A stretch of DNA of 64,000 bases, taken from NCBI GenBank assembly GCA_030704615.1, contig CM060733.1, positions 23,746,001 to 23,810,000 on the forward strand, written 5' to 3'. Positions 27,480 to 39,578 of the stretch are shown piece after piece (position 1 is the first letter of the stretch; each line of letters opens with the position of its first letter). The position numbers and the translations under genes were made by a program. The DNA is from Takakia lepidozioides (lineage: Eukaryota; Plantae; Bryophyta). A model generated the notes under the pieces. The model made no database searches and was not told the origin of the DNA. It worked only from the letters and a program-made list of their open reading frames with translations.

Positions 27480-27893
27480 CTCGCACCTTACAAATGGATC
27501 GTGCCGGACTTCCGGGTTGTCTGGGTTAATATTTTGCGGGTTAGGGGATGAGGGTGGGTGATTGGGGACATCGGGGTATTGGGGGAATGAGCAGGAGTGT
27601 GAGGGGTGGTAGAGCCATGTGAGGTAGGTATGGCTGGGTTGGATCCGGTCATTTGGGAGGGGGTAGAGTGGTCAGGTGAAAGGGGGTAGGTGTTAGCATT
27701 TAGAGGGTCAGGGGGAGCTTTATGTGTTGCCATCATACTGAGAATAGAAGGGGTTGGGTTTGATCTATATTGAGGGAGAAGGTCTTGGATGTGATGTGGA
27801 AAGAGTTTGCATGGTAGATCGCACTCAAGAGTATATTGTACCTTATAGTTGCATACTTTAGACTCTGTGTCTAGTATTGCACATGCTGTTAGG
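27480..27893 (-). mobile_element. C/A-rich LINE-like fragment that is the insertion target of the Gypsy element
   Basis: Strand-biased C/A composition and a Pro/Thr/His-rich open frame like the L1 at 32188-35617; it ends exactly at the LTR start. Confidence 0.4.
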
Positions 27894-28533
27894 TGTCACG
27901 GACATAGCTCAGATGAACTTACCAGGAGTAAATACCATAAGTTACCAAGTTACCATGTTATCGGAAGTTACCATGACTTACCGTGATTTATCTTGATTTA
28001 CCATTACTTATCAAGTTATCGGAAGTTTATCAAATTATCAAGAGTAACTTGGGAAACTGCTCAGGAAGCTTCATTTGGAGGAAATTTATCCATCAAGATA
28101 CCTCCTTAGTTTAAGGAAGTTTCTCCATCGAGAAACCTTTGTTTAATCTTGGAAATTTCTCCAGCAATAAACCTCCATAGGGGAAGCTTCTTATGGAAGC
28201 TTCTTAATGGCCAATATATGTAGGAGGCGAGACTGGACACTCTTCAGTCTCGCCAACACAACTTCAAGCTACTTTTGTTCCAAGTCCAGTACTTCAGTCC
28301 AGCTTCCAGTATCCAGTCCAGTTTCCAGTATCTGGTATTCCAGTCCAGTTTCCAGCATTCCAGTATCCGAGTCGAGTTCCAGTATTTTGTACTCTTGTCC
28401 ATTGTTATAAAGATCATATTTGATTCATGTTCACCTACCATGCATTCGGCCACGCCGACCTTGACTTCTTGTCTAGTCTTGTACCTCTAGTCTGATCTCT
28501 TGTTTGTGTTCTGTCATGTTCTTGTCCTTGACA
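27894..28533 (+). repeat. 5' LTR (640 bp) of Ty3/Gypsy chromovirus
   Basis: TGTCA...TGACA termini; TATA-like sequence at ~28213-28220; homologous to the LTR at 39579-41025 (-). Confidence 0.92.
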
Positions 28534-31500
28534 GTTTGGCGAGACTAAAGTTTATTCCTTAGTTAGTTAAGATGGAAGGTACATTTGCGGAAATGTTCGC
28601 CACATTGCAGAGTGTTTAGCTCCAGATGCAAGAACTTCGTACATCTACCGCCCAATTGCAAGCTGATCAGTCTCAAGATCTTGGCAACGCTCTCCACAAT
28701 TTGCAACAACAAATTTCAGAGTTAAAGGAGTCGTACAATGGATCTTCAGCCATACGAGTCCCTACTGCAACAGCTCCTACTGCAACGGTTCATCTTCAAC
28801 AGATTACGAGAGAACCAAAGATCAGCACGCCCGAGAAATTTGATGGGACGAGATCAAGATTTCGCGGTTCTGTTCAACAAGTACAACTGTTCCTGCGACT
28901 ACATCCACAACGCTACCCCGATGAAGGTATTCAAATGGGATTCGTGGGCACCCTTTTATCAGGCACTGCCCTATCTTGGTTTGCACCGCTATTGGAAATA
29001 AATTCGCATTTATTATATAATTTTGAAGCATTCATGTCGGAGTTCACTGCAACGTTTGGAGCGAATGATAGAGAGAGAGTTGAAGAAACAAAGATGCGAA
29101 ATTTTCGACAAGGAGCACGTCCTGCTTCGGTTTATGCTGTCGAATTTCGACAACTTGCGTGCGACCTCGGCTAGAATGAGAAGAGCTTCATTAGTTAGTT
29201 TTGATGTGGACTAAAAGATGATGTAAAAGATTTAGTGCTGACAATGTCAAACGTGAGCACACTGAGTGAATTCATCACCCAAGTCATTGCATGCGATAAT
29301 CGTTTGTTCGAAAGACGTCAAGAGAAGCGATCTGGATGGCCGACGATGCATCATGTCACTGCTACTACAACACCAAACACAACGATCCATTAGACATCCA
29401 GTAGTGATCCTATGCATATTGATGCTGTCTGATTCAAACCATTGATGCCACAAGAAAAACAAAGACGGCGCTTGAATGGATTATGCCTCTATTGCGGAGA
29501 AAAAGATCACATAGCATTAAACTGCCCAACAAGAATAGATTCAAAGCTCGGGGCACAACTCAAGTGTTCGATACGAGGAGGTCGTAAAACGAAGATGTAT
29601 AGTCACAGTAGGGACCACGCGGCTGGACACCACAAATTCTTTACCAAAAAAATGTCTTTTTCTACCTCCAGACCCTGCACCTTGCTTCACAGTTCCGGTA
29701 AAAATCAGAGTGCAAAATCGAGATATCGTTGTGGAAGCACTTTTGGACTCAGGAGCTTCAGCTTGTTTTATGGACAAAAACTTTGCGAAACAACACAATT
29801 TAACGCTCGTAAAGAAAAAACTCTTGGCCCCCGTTGAAATCATCGATGGACGACCGTTAGCATTAGGAAATGTGGACCATGAAACTCGACCACTTGAAGT
29901 GAAGCTTAAAGATCAAGCATCACATATTGTATTCAATGTCATCCAGCCTCCAACGAATCCTGTGATCCTTAGACTTCCTTGGTTCGTACTTCACAATCCC
30001 GACATCGATTGGCGATTGCGAAAAATTTCTACAAGACAAAAATGTATAAATATCAAAGATATTCAACCCCTATTCCTTGGAGCTAGAGCTTTCATGAGAG
30101 CTACAAAAAAGGAGGTGACATTTGCACTTTATGCGACTCCGATCAAGACCACAACAGACAAAAGTACTTCAACATTACCCACTCAATATCAAGATTTCAA
30201 AGATGTCTTCGAGAAGAAAAATGCAGACATATTGCCAGAACATCGACCTTATGACTGTGCAATTAAGTTAAAAGAAGGAGCCCAACCACCATTCGGCCCA
30301 ATCTATAACTTATCCCAGACGGAGTTGGCTGCATTACATGAATACATTGATGAAAATTTGTCGAAGCACTTCATCCGACATTCAAAATCACCCGCGGGGG
30401 CGCTTATTTTGTTTGTGAAAAAGAAGGACGGATCATTACGCATGTGTGTCGACTGTTGCGGTCTCAACAAAGTCACAATCAAGAATCGTTATCCGTTGCC
30501 GCTGATTTCTGGGCTTCTCGACCAACTGGGACGAGCGAAGATTTTCACCAAAATCTACTTGAAAGGAGTTTGTAACCTTATACGGATCAAAGAAGGAGAC
30601 GAATGGAAAACAGCTTTTCGAACAAGGTATGGACATTTTGAATACAATGTTATGACTTTTGGTCTTACAAATGCTCCAGCAATTTTCCAACATATGATGA
30701 ATGACATCTTTCGAGAATTTTTAGATGATTTTGTAGTCATCTATTTGGACGACATTTTGATATTTTCACAGAATGAAGAAGAACATGGCCGCCATGTACG
30801 CCTTGTCCTTGATAAATTAAGATAAATATGACTATATGTCAAGTTAGAGAAATGTCTTTTCTATCAATCTTAGGTCGAATTTCTGGGCTACATTATTTCC
30901 GACAAAGGTGTCTTTATGGATCAGAAGAAAATACAAACCATCATCGAGTGGATTAAACCAACTTCGGTCCGAGATGTACAATGTTTTCTGGGCTTTACAA
31001 ATTTCTATAGAATCTTCATCAATGACTACTCCAAAATTGCTGCACCATTGACACGACTCATAGGGAAGGACAAATTTGTATGGGACGAGAAGGCTGACCA
31101 GACATTTGAAAGGCTGAAGCAGGCATTTACAACGGCTCCAATACTGGTATATGCAGACCCATCTAAACCATTCTTCTTAGAAGCAGATGCATCAGACTTT
31201 GCACTTGGCGCGGTACTCTCTCAGTACGGTACAGATGGCCGACTCCACCCTGTTGGTTTTCGTTCTCGCAAATTTTCCGCTGCGGAGATCAATTATGAAA
31301 TCCATGACAAAGAACTTCTAGCGATTATTGATGTTTTTGAGGAGTGGCGACATCTATTGGAGGGAGCTAAACATCAGGTCACTGCCTATACCGATCACAA
31401 AAACCTCGAATATTTTATGAGTGCTTGTGTTTTGAATCAACGTCAAGCGAGATGGAATATGTCACTAGCAAGGTTTGATTTTGTTATTACCTACCGTCTC

Positions 31501-32187
31501 GGACATCTTCAAGGAAAACCAGATGCTCTTTCTCGACGATCGTATCTTGCGCCAAAAGAAGGGGATGCAGCTTTTGACCAACAAAAATCCATCATCTTGA
31601 AACCAGCAAATCTCCAATTGAATATGCTATCCATGTCCACCTATGACGATGCAGAGATCATTAAGGAGATTCAGGAAGCACTGAAGAGCGACCATTTTGC
31701 TACGACACTACGAAGTCAACTAAATCAACATCGAGACAACCCACATGTTACAAACGACTTCGAATTCAAAGATGACTTACTTTACTTCAAGGGACTTCTC
31801 TATGTACCTCCAGGACCTACACGACTTCAAATTTTTCAAACATGTCATGATCTTCCGGCTGCAGAACATTTCGGGTTCAACAAAACATTGGAGTTGATAT
31901 CCAGGGACTATTGATGGCCGCAGATGTGGAAACTCGTGAAAGAATTTATAAGCGACACGTGTGCTAGAGCGAAGGGACCACGACATCGACCTTACGGCCT
32001 TCTTCAACCATTACCCATTCTCAAGGGTCCATGGTCGTCCGTGTCTATGGACTTTATTACGGACCTTCCAATTTCCAAAACCACCGATTCAATCCTTGTT
32101 ACTGTAGATCGTTTTACGAAGATGACACATTTCATTCCATGTAATAAGACGGTTATCGGCGAGGAAACTGCAAAACTCTTCCTCAAC
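27894..32187 (+). mobile_element. Ty3/Gypsy chromovirus (Tf1/Tcn1-like), 5' half: LTR-gag-PR-RT-RH-N-terminal integrase, with stops and frameshifts
   Basis: Gag PEKFDGTRSRFRG and CCHC CLYCGEKDHIALNC; protease ALLDSGAS; [14 protein letters not shown]; RNase H LEADASDFALGAVLSQ and NYEIHDKELLAII; integrase SMDFITDLP. It ends abruptly at ETAKLFLN (32187). Confidence 0.95.
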
Positions 32188-35100
32188 TCCAAAAACTCCA
32201 CACATACCCTATACAACACCTCATCTTCTTACTAATTATCACCATCTCCCCAATTCCCTCTATATGCAATGACTACCTTGAAAGCCAGTCAGACACAGAC
32301 ATATGCTCGTTATTACAGCAATTACATAACCTACCTCCGCTGCCCCACAACTATCTAGCACCCCCACACTATTTACATAATCTCCATGAATTTCTTAATC
32401 TACTGCAAGCCAAACCCAGGGTAGTACACAAGCTGTTGGGTGAACGTCTAGCACATCAAACTGCAGCCCCACAAGAACTAGATGTCATTACTAGCCAATT
32501 CCCATTCCTATCCGAGAATATTCTCAAAGCAACCATACAAGCCACGAGAAACATCCCAAGATATCAACCCGTACCCATGCCAGTGCCGCCTACCCCACCT
32601 AACACGAACAGCCCTATCTGATCACCACCCCCAGAACTCCCGGGACCCCCCAGTCCCTCGCACCCCCCTCCTCACAAAATACACACGCACTCCACATACT
32701 TACCTGGAATGTAGGATCATTGGCCACCAGCATTCAAAGCCTAATCCACCTCACATACCCTACTCCTCCGCATATCCTCCTACTACAAGAAACCAAACTC
32801 AATGCACAAAACTCCAATAGTTCATATATTATCAAACTCATCCCAACTTACTATATGCAATATGACAACCCGCTAACAGCAGCCCAATGTCTAACCAGGC
32901 GCTCCACGCCATACCATCCTACCCGTGGTGGAGTGCTTTCGGCATCCTCCGCACACATCACTCCCCCAATACCACGGTAAAAATACCTGTCGATCTCCCC
33001 CTACGATCACACCTCCAAATCACCCAACTACACCTCCCCGCACTCCCCATTATTATCCTCATACACTTATACATGCCGTCACACACGAATGACCTTCCAC
33101 TGATTCTAGATATCTTACTTACCATATCCAAAACACTTAATCAACCCTTAAGCCACCCCCAACACTTTATCCTTGCAGGTGACTTTAACTGAGATATTGC
33201 CCTGCTAGGCCACACATACAAAGGTATACACAAATCTCCATCTGCAATAGATTGCGAATGGGCAAAAATCACCCAAGCACACCAACTCCGGTATATACCA
33301 GCCAATCACCACTACTCTAGACAAGAGGGACTTAACTACTCCTCCCTAAGCCTCCTCGACGGTTTCTATCTAAAAACACAAAATGTGATCCCAACATACC
33401 TTAACAGTCATGTACATATTAACAGTTTATGCAACTCAGACCACTACCCTGTCTCTATAACACTACCACCATCACTCATCCCCTTTCGACCTATACCAGC
33501 CATTCATGCCGCAGCACCTCAATCGAGAATCCTCTCTCCACTTCCCCAAGAAAACATAGCCGTTTTTCTAAAAAACTTTCAACCCACATCTTCACATCTC
33601 ATGATACAACTATCAGACATACTCACAGATGCAAACATTACACAATCCCTGAACCAAACATGGACCAACTTCGAGATCATAGTCACAACTTTAATGCAAG
33701 AAATGACCAAGCACGTCATCTCCGCTTGTTTTGCACCCCCAGAACTCCCGCAAACCACACATTCCAAGCAAAACGGAGGATACCTTAACCGCACACAGAA
33801 ATGCTCATGGACCTCACGCCTTAACACATACCATACAATCACACGCACCCTCACTATTATTTCCACCACCACCTCCGTACACCCAGGGAATAACTGGACA
33901 ACAGACCCTCATATTACTTGTTTAAACACCTTAGTACCATGCCAAGCACTTATGCCCCCGCCCGACAACCCCCATAACCTTCCTAACTGGGTAGCCGATC
34001 TCTCCAAAATTGGAAGAGACGCTAAGAAAGCCGCGTACAAAATCACTAAACAGAAAGTTATCAACAATCACAAAAAAATTGTCGCCTCCTTCAACCAATT
34101 GCTCCACGACCACCCCAAGAATGCTCACAAAGCCATTTTTAACCTGGCCCTCAACCCACCCATCAACTGTCTTAAACATTGGTCGGGTCACCTGCTAACC
34201 AACCCACAAGACATCAAACACGAAATATGGTCACAAGCATCCTTAACATACACACCCACAGTTACAAACTGCTTACACCCAAATCTCCACACTGCCAATT
34301 GCATATGTAAAGTTAAACACCATCCATGGCACGACATAGACGACTTTTCAATAGATAACAGGGGCTCTTCAACAGACCGTATTACAGACCTATTCACAAT
34401 TGATGTATATGAGTCATGTCTAAAAAAACCATCTAAATCTAAAGCACTAGGCCCGGATCTTATCCCAAATGCCATACTTCAAGCATTGGATCCTCAACTC
34501 CATTACCTTCTATACAAATTTTTCCATTTATGCTACAAACTACAACGTATCCCACACTCCTGGAAACACAGTCAAACCATCATACTCTTAAAAAAAGGCG
34601 ACCCTACGGATCTTAGCAACTACAGACCTATCGCACTGGCCAACACCATATACAAATTATTTACCGGCACGCTCACCACAATGCTAAACTATGGCAAGCA
34701 ACACCAGATCCTCAGTGACCCTCAAGAAGGATTTTGTGCCACAGGTAATACAACCCGACAAATCCAACTAATCGGTAACATATACACAAACAGTACCACA
34801 GAATATTTTGGCGCATACTACGGCTCCACCCCACCCATCCCCATTCTTCGGGGCACTATTCAAGGTGACACCTTAAGCCCTTACTTATTTATTATCTTCC
34901 TAGAACCCCTACTCAGGTGGCTCACCCGAGGTAAGCTTGGGTATCATTACAAAACCTCCCCAAGCGACATCTCAGCCGTTGCCAATGCAGATGACCTAGC
35001 CATCCTTGCACATAAACCACAACACCTAAACCGACAAGTCACTAAGCTATCCAGATTCAACCAATGGTTAGATATGGAACTTAGTCTTCACAAATGTGCC

Positions 35101-35617
35101 ATTACAGCCGCCACACACCAAAGTCGACTTACCAAAACTGCCGTGGCATCTCATTGTAAACTCTATGTACACTACCAAAATGCACCATTTCCCTTTCTAG
35201 GCCCAGATGAACCGTACACTTACCTAGGTATCCAATTAGTACCTTCTCTCACCTGGCACATCCAGAAGAAATCTACGACATCCAAATTAACTACCAAAAG
35301 CCTAGCCTTGCTTAAAGCTCCGATCGCCATTCGCCCCAAACTATCAAATTAAACAGTATTACAAACACAAATTCAATACTCATTCCACGCCGCCCCCTTC
35401 TCCATACCCGACGTCAAAAAACTCGATAAGAAAATTATTCATCTTACCAAGCGTGTATGTGGATTACCTACTAGTGCCCGGCCTAATGCCCTTACACAAC
35501 TCCCAACCGACAACTATAGCATCGGCTCCAGCCCCCTAATCATCTCATACGCCAGGACATTAGGGACACAATTAAAAAAAGCGCTCAACGACCCTGGTCG
35601 GCTAGGTATCATCTACC
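32188..35617 (+). mobile_element. L1-type LINE, ORF2 portion (APE endonuclease + RT), 3'-truncated and degraded
   Basis: APE motifs LTWNVGSL, ILLLQETKL, FILAGDFN and SDHYPV; RT motifs KALGPDLIPN, YRPIALANTIYKLFT, RGTIQGDTLSPYLF, ANADDL (degenerate YADD) and YTYLGIQL. Internal RT deletion after TTRQIQ. Confidence 0.93.
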
Positions 35618-35621
35618 TAAA

Positions 35622-36075
35622 ACATGTTAAGCTTATAATTCCAACTAAAGTCTCTATAAATAACTCATCATCATCATCATCATCTTTTTCTTCTTATTTT
35701 ATTGCAGCGCACAGCTCACTTTTGACTTGGACTTTTGGCCTAAATTGGGACCAAATTTGAAGTACGACAATATTAAAATTTAATTAATTAATCTTATTAA
35801 TCTTATTAAAATAAATATATATTATCTAGTTAATTGTCTCAGAGAGTTACGTTTTTGGCCGGAGTCTTCTCTCTCTCTCTCAAACGATTAACTAGATTAT
35901 GTTTATTTATTTAATAAGATTTATTTATTAATTCAATAAAATTCAATATTGTCGTACTTCAAGTTTGGTCAAAGTCCAAATCAAAAGTGACTTGTGTGCT
36001 GCAATAAAATAAGATGATGATGATGATGTTATTTATAGAGACTTTGGTTGGAATTATATCTCTAAGCTCAACATA
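35622..36075. mobile_element. Foldback/MITE-like element with ~200-bp inverted arms
   Basis: The left arm (tataattccaactaaagtctctataaataac-(tca)n...gaagtacgacaatatt...atctagttaat) is mirrored by the right arm (attaactagat...aatattgtcgtacttc...(gat)n-gttatttatagagactttggttggaattata). Confidence 0.85.
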
Positions 36076-36252
36076 TGCACTACTGCAAGCACCTTCCAAA
36101 CCCAATCAGTCAAAAGCCCTTTGGGGTGGAGTTACGTCTACTTTGGCAAGAGTCTTTTTCTCTTCCTCCAACACACGAGTGCAGAATTGAATCTAAATAT
36201 TACTTCTAATATATTAACTCATCTTCTTCTTAGCGTGTATGTGTGTGTACAA

Positions 36253-37993
36253 ATGACGAGAACGCAAGGTTTATCTCCTATATCAAACCATAGGACTGAT
36301 ATATTATTATTCACTTTGGTTCTACCAATCATCATTATTGGATGGCTCTCCCCAGTATCAGCAGTCGATTACACGGCCGACATCGCTAATTTTCTGAATT
36401 ACCGATTGAGTGTTACTTGCAAAGTAGATAATCATAGGCGTTCGACCACATCATTTGTAAGAACTCTCTATCCGATTCCCAAATATCACCTCATAATTTG
36501 TCTTGTTTATTATCTAACGAATTGAACATGAGTGGATTTAGGCCAATTCATGACTTGTAATTTTTTTAGAATAATGCATTATCTATTTTAACCCTTAAGT
36601 GCCCATTCAGCCTGTTTTGGGTCTTTGTTGTTTGTTTTTCTGGTGTGGTTTTCTCATATTTCAAACAAATGATCCAAAATTTTGAGCTCTTGATGCCATC
36701 CACATGTCATCCACCTGACAGATATGAATCCAATGTATGATTTGTAGGATTTTTTGTTTAGCATTTCAATTTTCCAAATCAAAAGAAGAGAAGTCTGGTT
36801 TGTGGTGTAAGAAGTTAACATCCCCTGGCACGTGAGAAGAGAGAGAGAGGCGTAACTAAGAGCGCCTTGCGCCTACTGCCCCCTTTTGGGGGTGGGCCCT
36901 ATATGGCATGTGAGAAATTAACTCTCTTCCTACATGAGCAGATGTCTCCCACAATATTGACTAAGTATGGTATGACCAAAATGTCATCATCCCATCTTTT
37001 GCCCGGAATGCATTTTGTTTTTTTGGAATGGATGCAAGATCCCACCAAGGATAGACTGGGAGCCGATTCAATTAATTCGGAAATCATCTCATCACCCAAA
37101 CCTTAAAAATTGGAAGTCCCATTTGTAATTTTGGTGTGTGCGGCCCAAAAATGGGTCCACTTGCAAGGGTGGGTTTTTTCTCAATTTTCACCTGAATGCC
37201 TTACAAATTGGCAGATTCCTTTAGCAGGTACGTATGGTATGGTATTGTGCGGTCGTAATTTTAAAATTGTGTTTTTTTTCACAAATTTAGAAGTTTTTTT
37301 CAGTTTAAGGATTGGGGTTTTGAAAGAAAAACAAATGACTATTAGGCACTTACGGTTTTCCTTGGGGTGGCTAGATTTGAGAAACTACCATATCTTCATG
37401 AGGTACAGTTTTTGACTTTACACGATTAGTTATTATCATTATTATTATTATTATTATTTGTATAGGGCCCACCCCCGAAAGGGGGCAGTAGCCGCAAGGC
37501 AAAGTGGCTCTTAGTTATGCCGGCTTTGGTCGGAGTCATCTCTCTCTCTTGTTATTATTTTCTCCAAAACATGTTTTCTAACTCATTTTGAATCACTATG
37601 TCTTTTTCCCCTCTCCTAAGAATAAGAATCAAAATTCAAATGTGTGATACATTGTAAGCTAGATATTGTAAACCCCGTAGTTTGTAGCTTTTATACACCA
37701 AAACCCACATCTTCGTTGCATAATGTTCTTCATGACAGTTTCAATTATGAGCATTGCAGATTCTTGATCCATCCTATCAAAACAACGTAAATGTTAACTG
37801 GGGGACGGTCGGGTCGACGCTTACTTGTAAGGCTACATATACCGATTCAAGAGGGCTCAATCACACTCACACATGGCAAGCCGCTGGAAGATGGTATGAA
37901 GGAAAGTCAATTACTTGGGAAATTGATTCCCACGGTGCTTGTTATTATCATGGTAATGACAAGGAAAACTGTCGATCATTTTGGTCTTGGTAG
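36253..37993 (+). CDS. Small secreted S-protein homolog (SPH / plant self-incompatibility S1-like) protein, ~145 aa
   Basis: Exons 36253-36456 and 37760-37993 (GTAAGA...TTGCAG) join in frame. Hydrophobic signal peptide ILLFTLVLPIIIIGWLSPVSA; SPH-like pattern IANFLNYRLSVTCK...STLTCKA...ITWEIDSHGACY...C-terminal WSW; 4 Cys in the mature part. Confidence 0.7.
36849..37521. mobile_element. MITE with ~55-bp terminal inverted repeats inside the SPH-like intron
   Basis: ggcgtaactaagagc...ccttgcg...ctactgcccccttttgggggtgggccctata is mirrored by tatagggcccacccccgaaagggggcagtag...cgcaagg...gctcttagttatgcc; flanked by (GA)n/(CT)n. Confidence 0.8.
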
Positions 37994-39578
37994 GTTGTGA
38001 ACCATGTGATATCTAGGTTCAGAAGTGAAAAATAGCGTGATAGACTAAATATTCTAGCTGGATGTTATGAATTGTGAGTCAGCTTCAATGGAAATGGTCA
38101 CAATGGTCAATGGAAGGTGGTCAGGATGAAAAGCAAATAGACTTTCACTCAAGTGGGGGATGGGGCCCAAGGTGCATGCAACGATGTCTGACTAGTGGTA
38201 GCACATGATGCGAGGTAGGCACTTAGAGCAGATGTTTTTAGTAAGTAGGTGGTTGCATGAAAACTAAAAGTGATCTTGATGGATGGAGTGACGAGTAGTT
38301 TTTTGTGGAGGTAGAGGGTATAACACCCAACCATCCTATTTGTTATCCACCTCTCATCATGGTTTTTATTTAAATAGCGGTGGGCCAAAATGATGGCTCC
38401 CTAATACTTAATGGATTGGGCCGCCACTATGCTACCTTTGTCTTTTTTTTGTGTTTGTTTACTAGCACACAAGTTAGCTTATGTGCATAAGTAATGAAGA
38501 TGATTTGGAGCGGTACAATGACAAGTGGAAACTAACCAAAGTTTATGACATGTAGTGATGATGTCATGTTAATGTTTCAATTATACTTTGAAGGTAGGTT
38601 CTTCCAGCTTTTTGGATCCCCTTCTATGATCTTACTTGTAGTCACAATCCCATTATCGAGTCCTCAAATTATTTGCTGCATTCATCCCCCTTCTCTCATC
38701 TCTTTCGTAGATGTTCTAAAGCGCAACTACAATGATATGCAAATTACTAAAGTGTACGATTGAGACTGTTTCACTGTAAAAATAGGGCAGTTGAATGATA
38801 GGGTGTCTCAGTTTGGAGGTCATAGGGCAGTTTTCCAGTGACTGTGCTTCATGTTATCATTTTTTTTGTTCACAATAGTTCATCTTTATTATAAAAGACA
38901 TTGGTTTTTGTATTCGACCTACGAGACCTATATAATGTAACAATTTTCTTGCAAATTGGATGAACTATAAAAATGATATGGACTTTTGAATCTCAAAATA
39001 TTGTTTTGTCATCGGCACAGTTTTTTAGGCTATGGACTTTAAAAAACATATCTAAATGTAACCGATCGTGATAAGGACAAAAACCCATGTTCAACAATGT
39101 TTCAATAGGTGAAATTAGTTGGATATCTATCAAATTTTCACCAAACTATAGACTTTTTTATACATAAAAAAACAGGTGTTTTTCATTAGTCCATAGCATA
39201 TTGTCTTTTGGGTTTTTGGGATATCATATTTTACTAATAAATATACAAACATATAATCTAGGATGGCCAGGTGGTATATGGACAAATGATCATACACTCT
39301 AAGATTTGACTCCTAAAAGTTTTTTCCAATTAAAGATTGAAATTTCTAATAAATAACATCTATAATATTTGGGGTTAGACCCTTTACTAAAGATGTTAAG
39401 TATACTATTGTCTATCTTTATAAGAATCAAACTGAAAACTTATGCTAAAAAATAAAAATAAAAATCATGGATGTCACCATCTGCCTAAAGTGAGACACCT
39501 TATCCTGCAACTACCCAACATGGGAACAATAACCTATCTATTATGGAAGAGAAAACACACACTAGAGAACGAACCTAG

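Noticed and set aside
28285-28385. Short TCCAG(T)-type repeats resembling a CRISPR array or minisatellite
   Set aside because: Degenerate internal LTR repeats without unique spacers; eukaryotic context, no cas genes.
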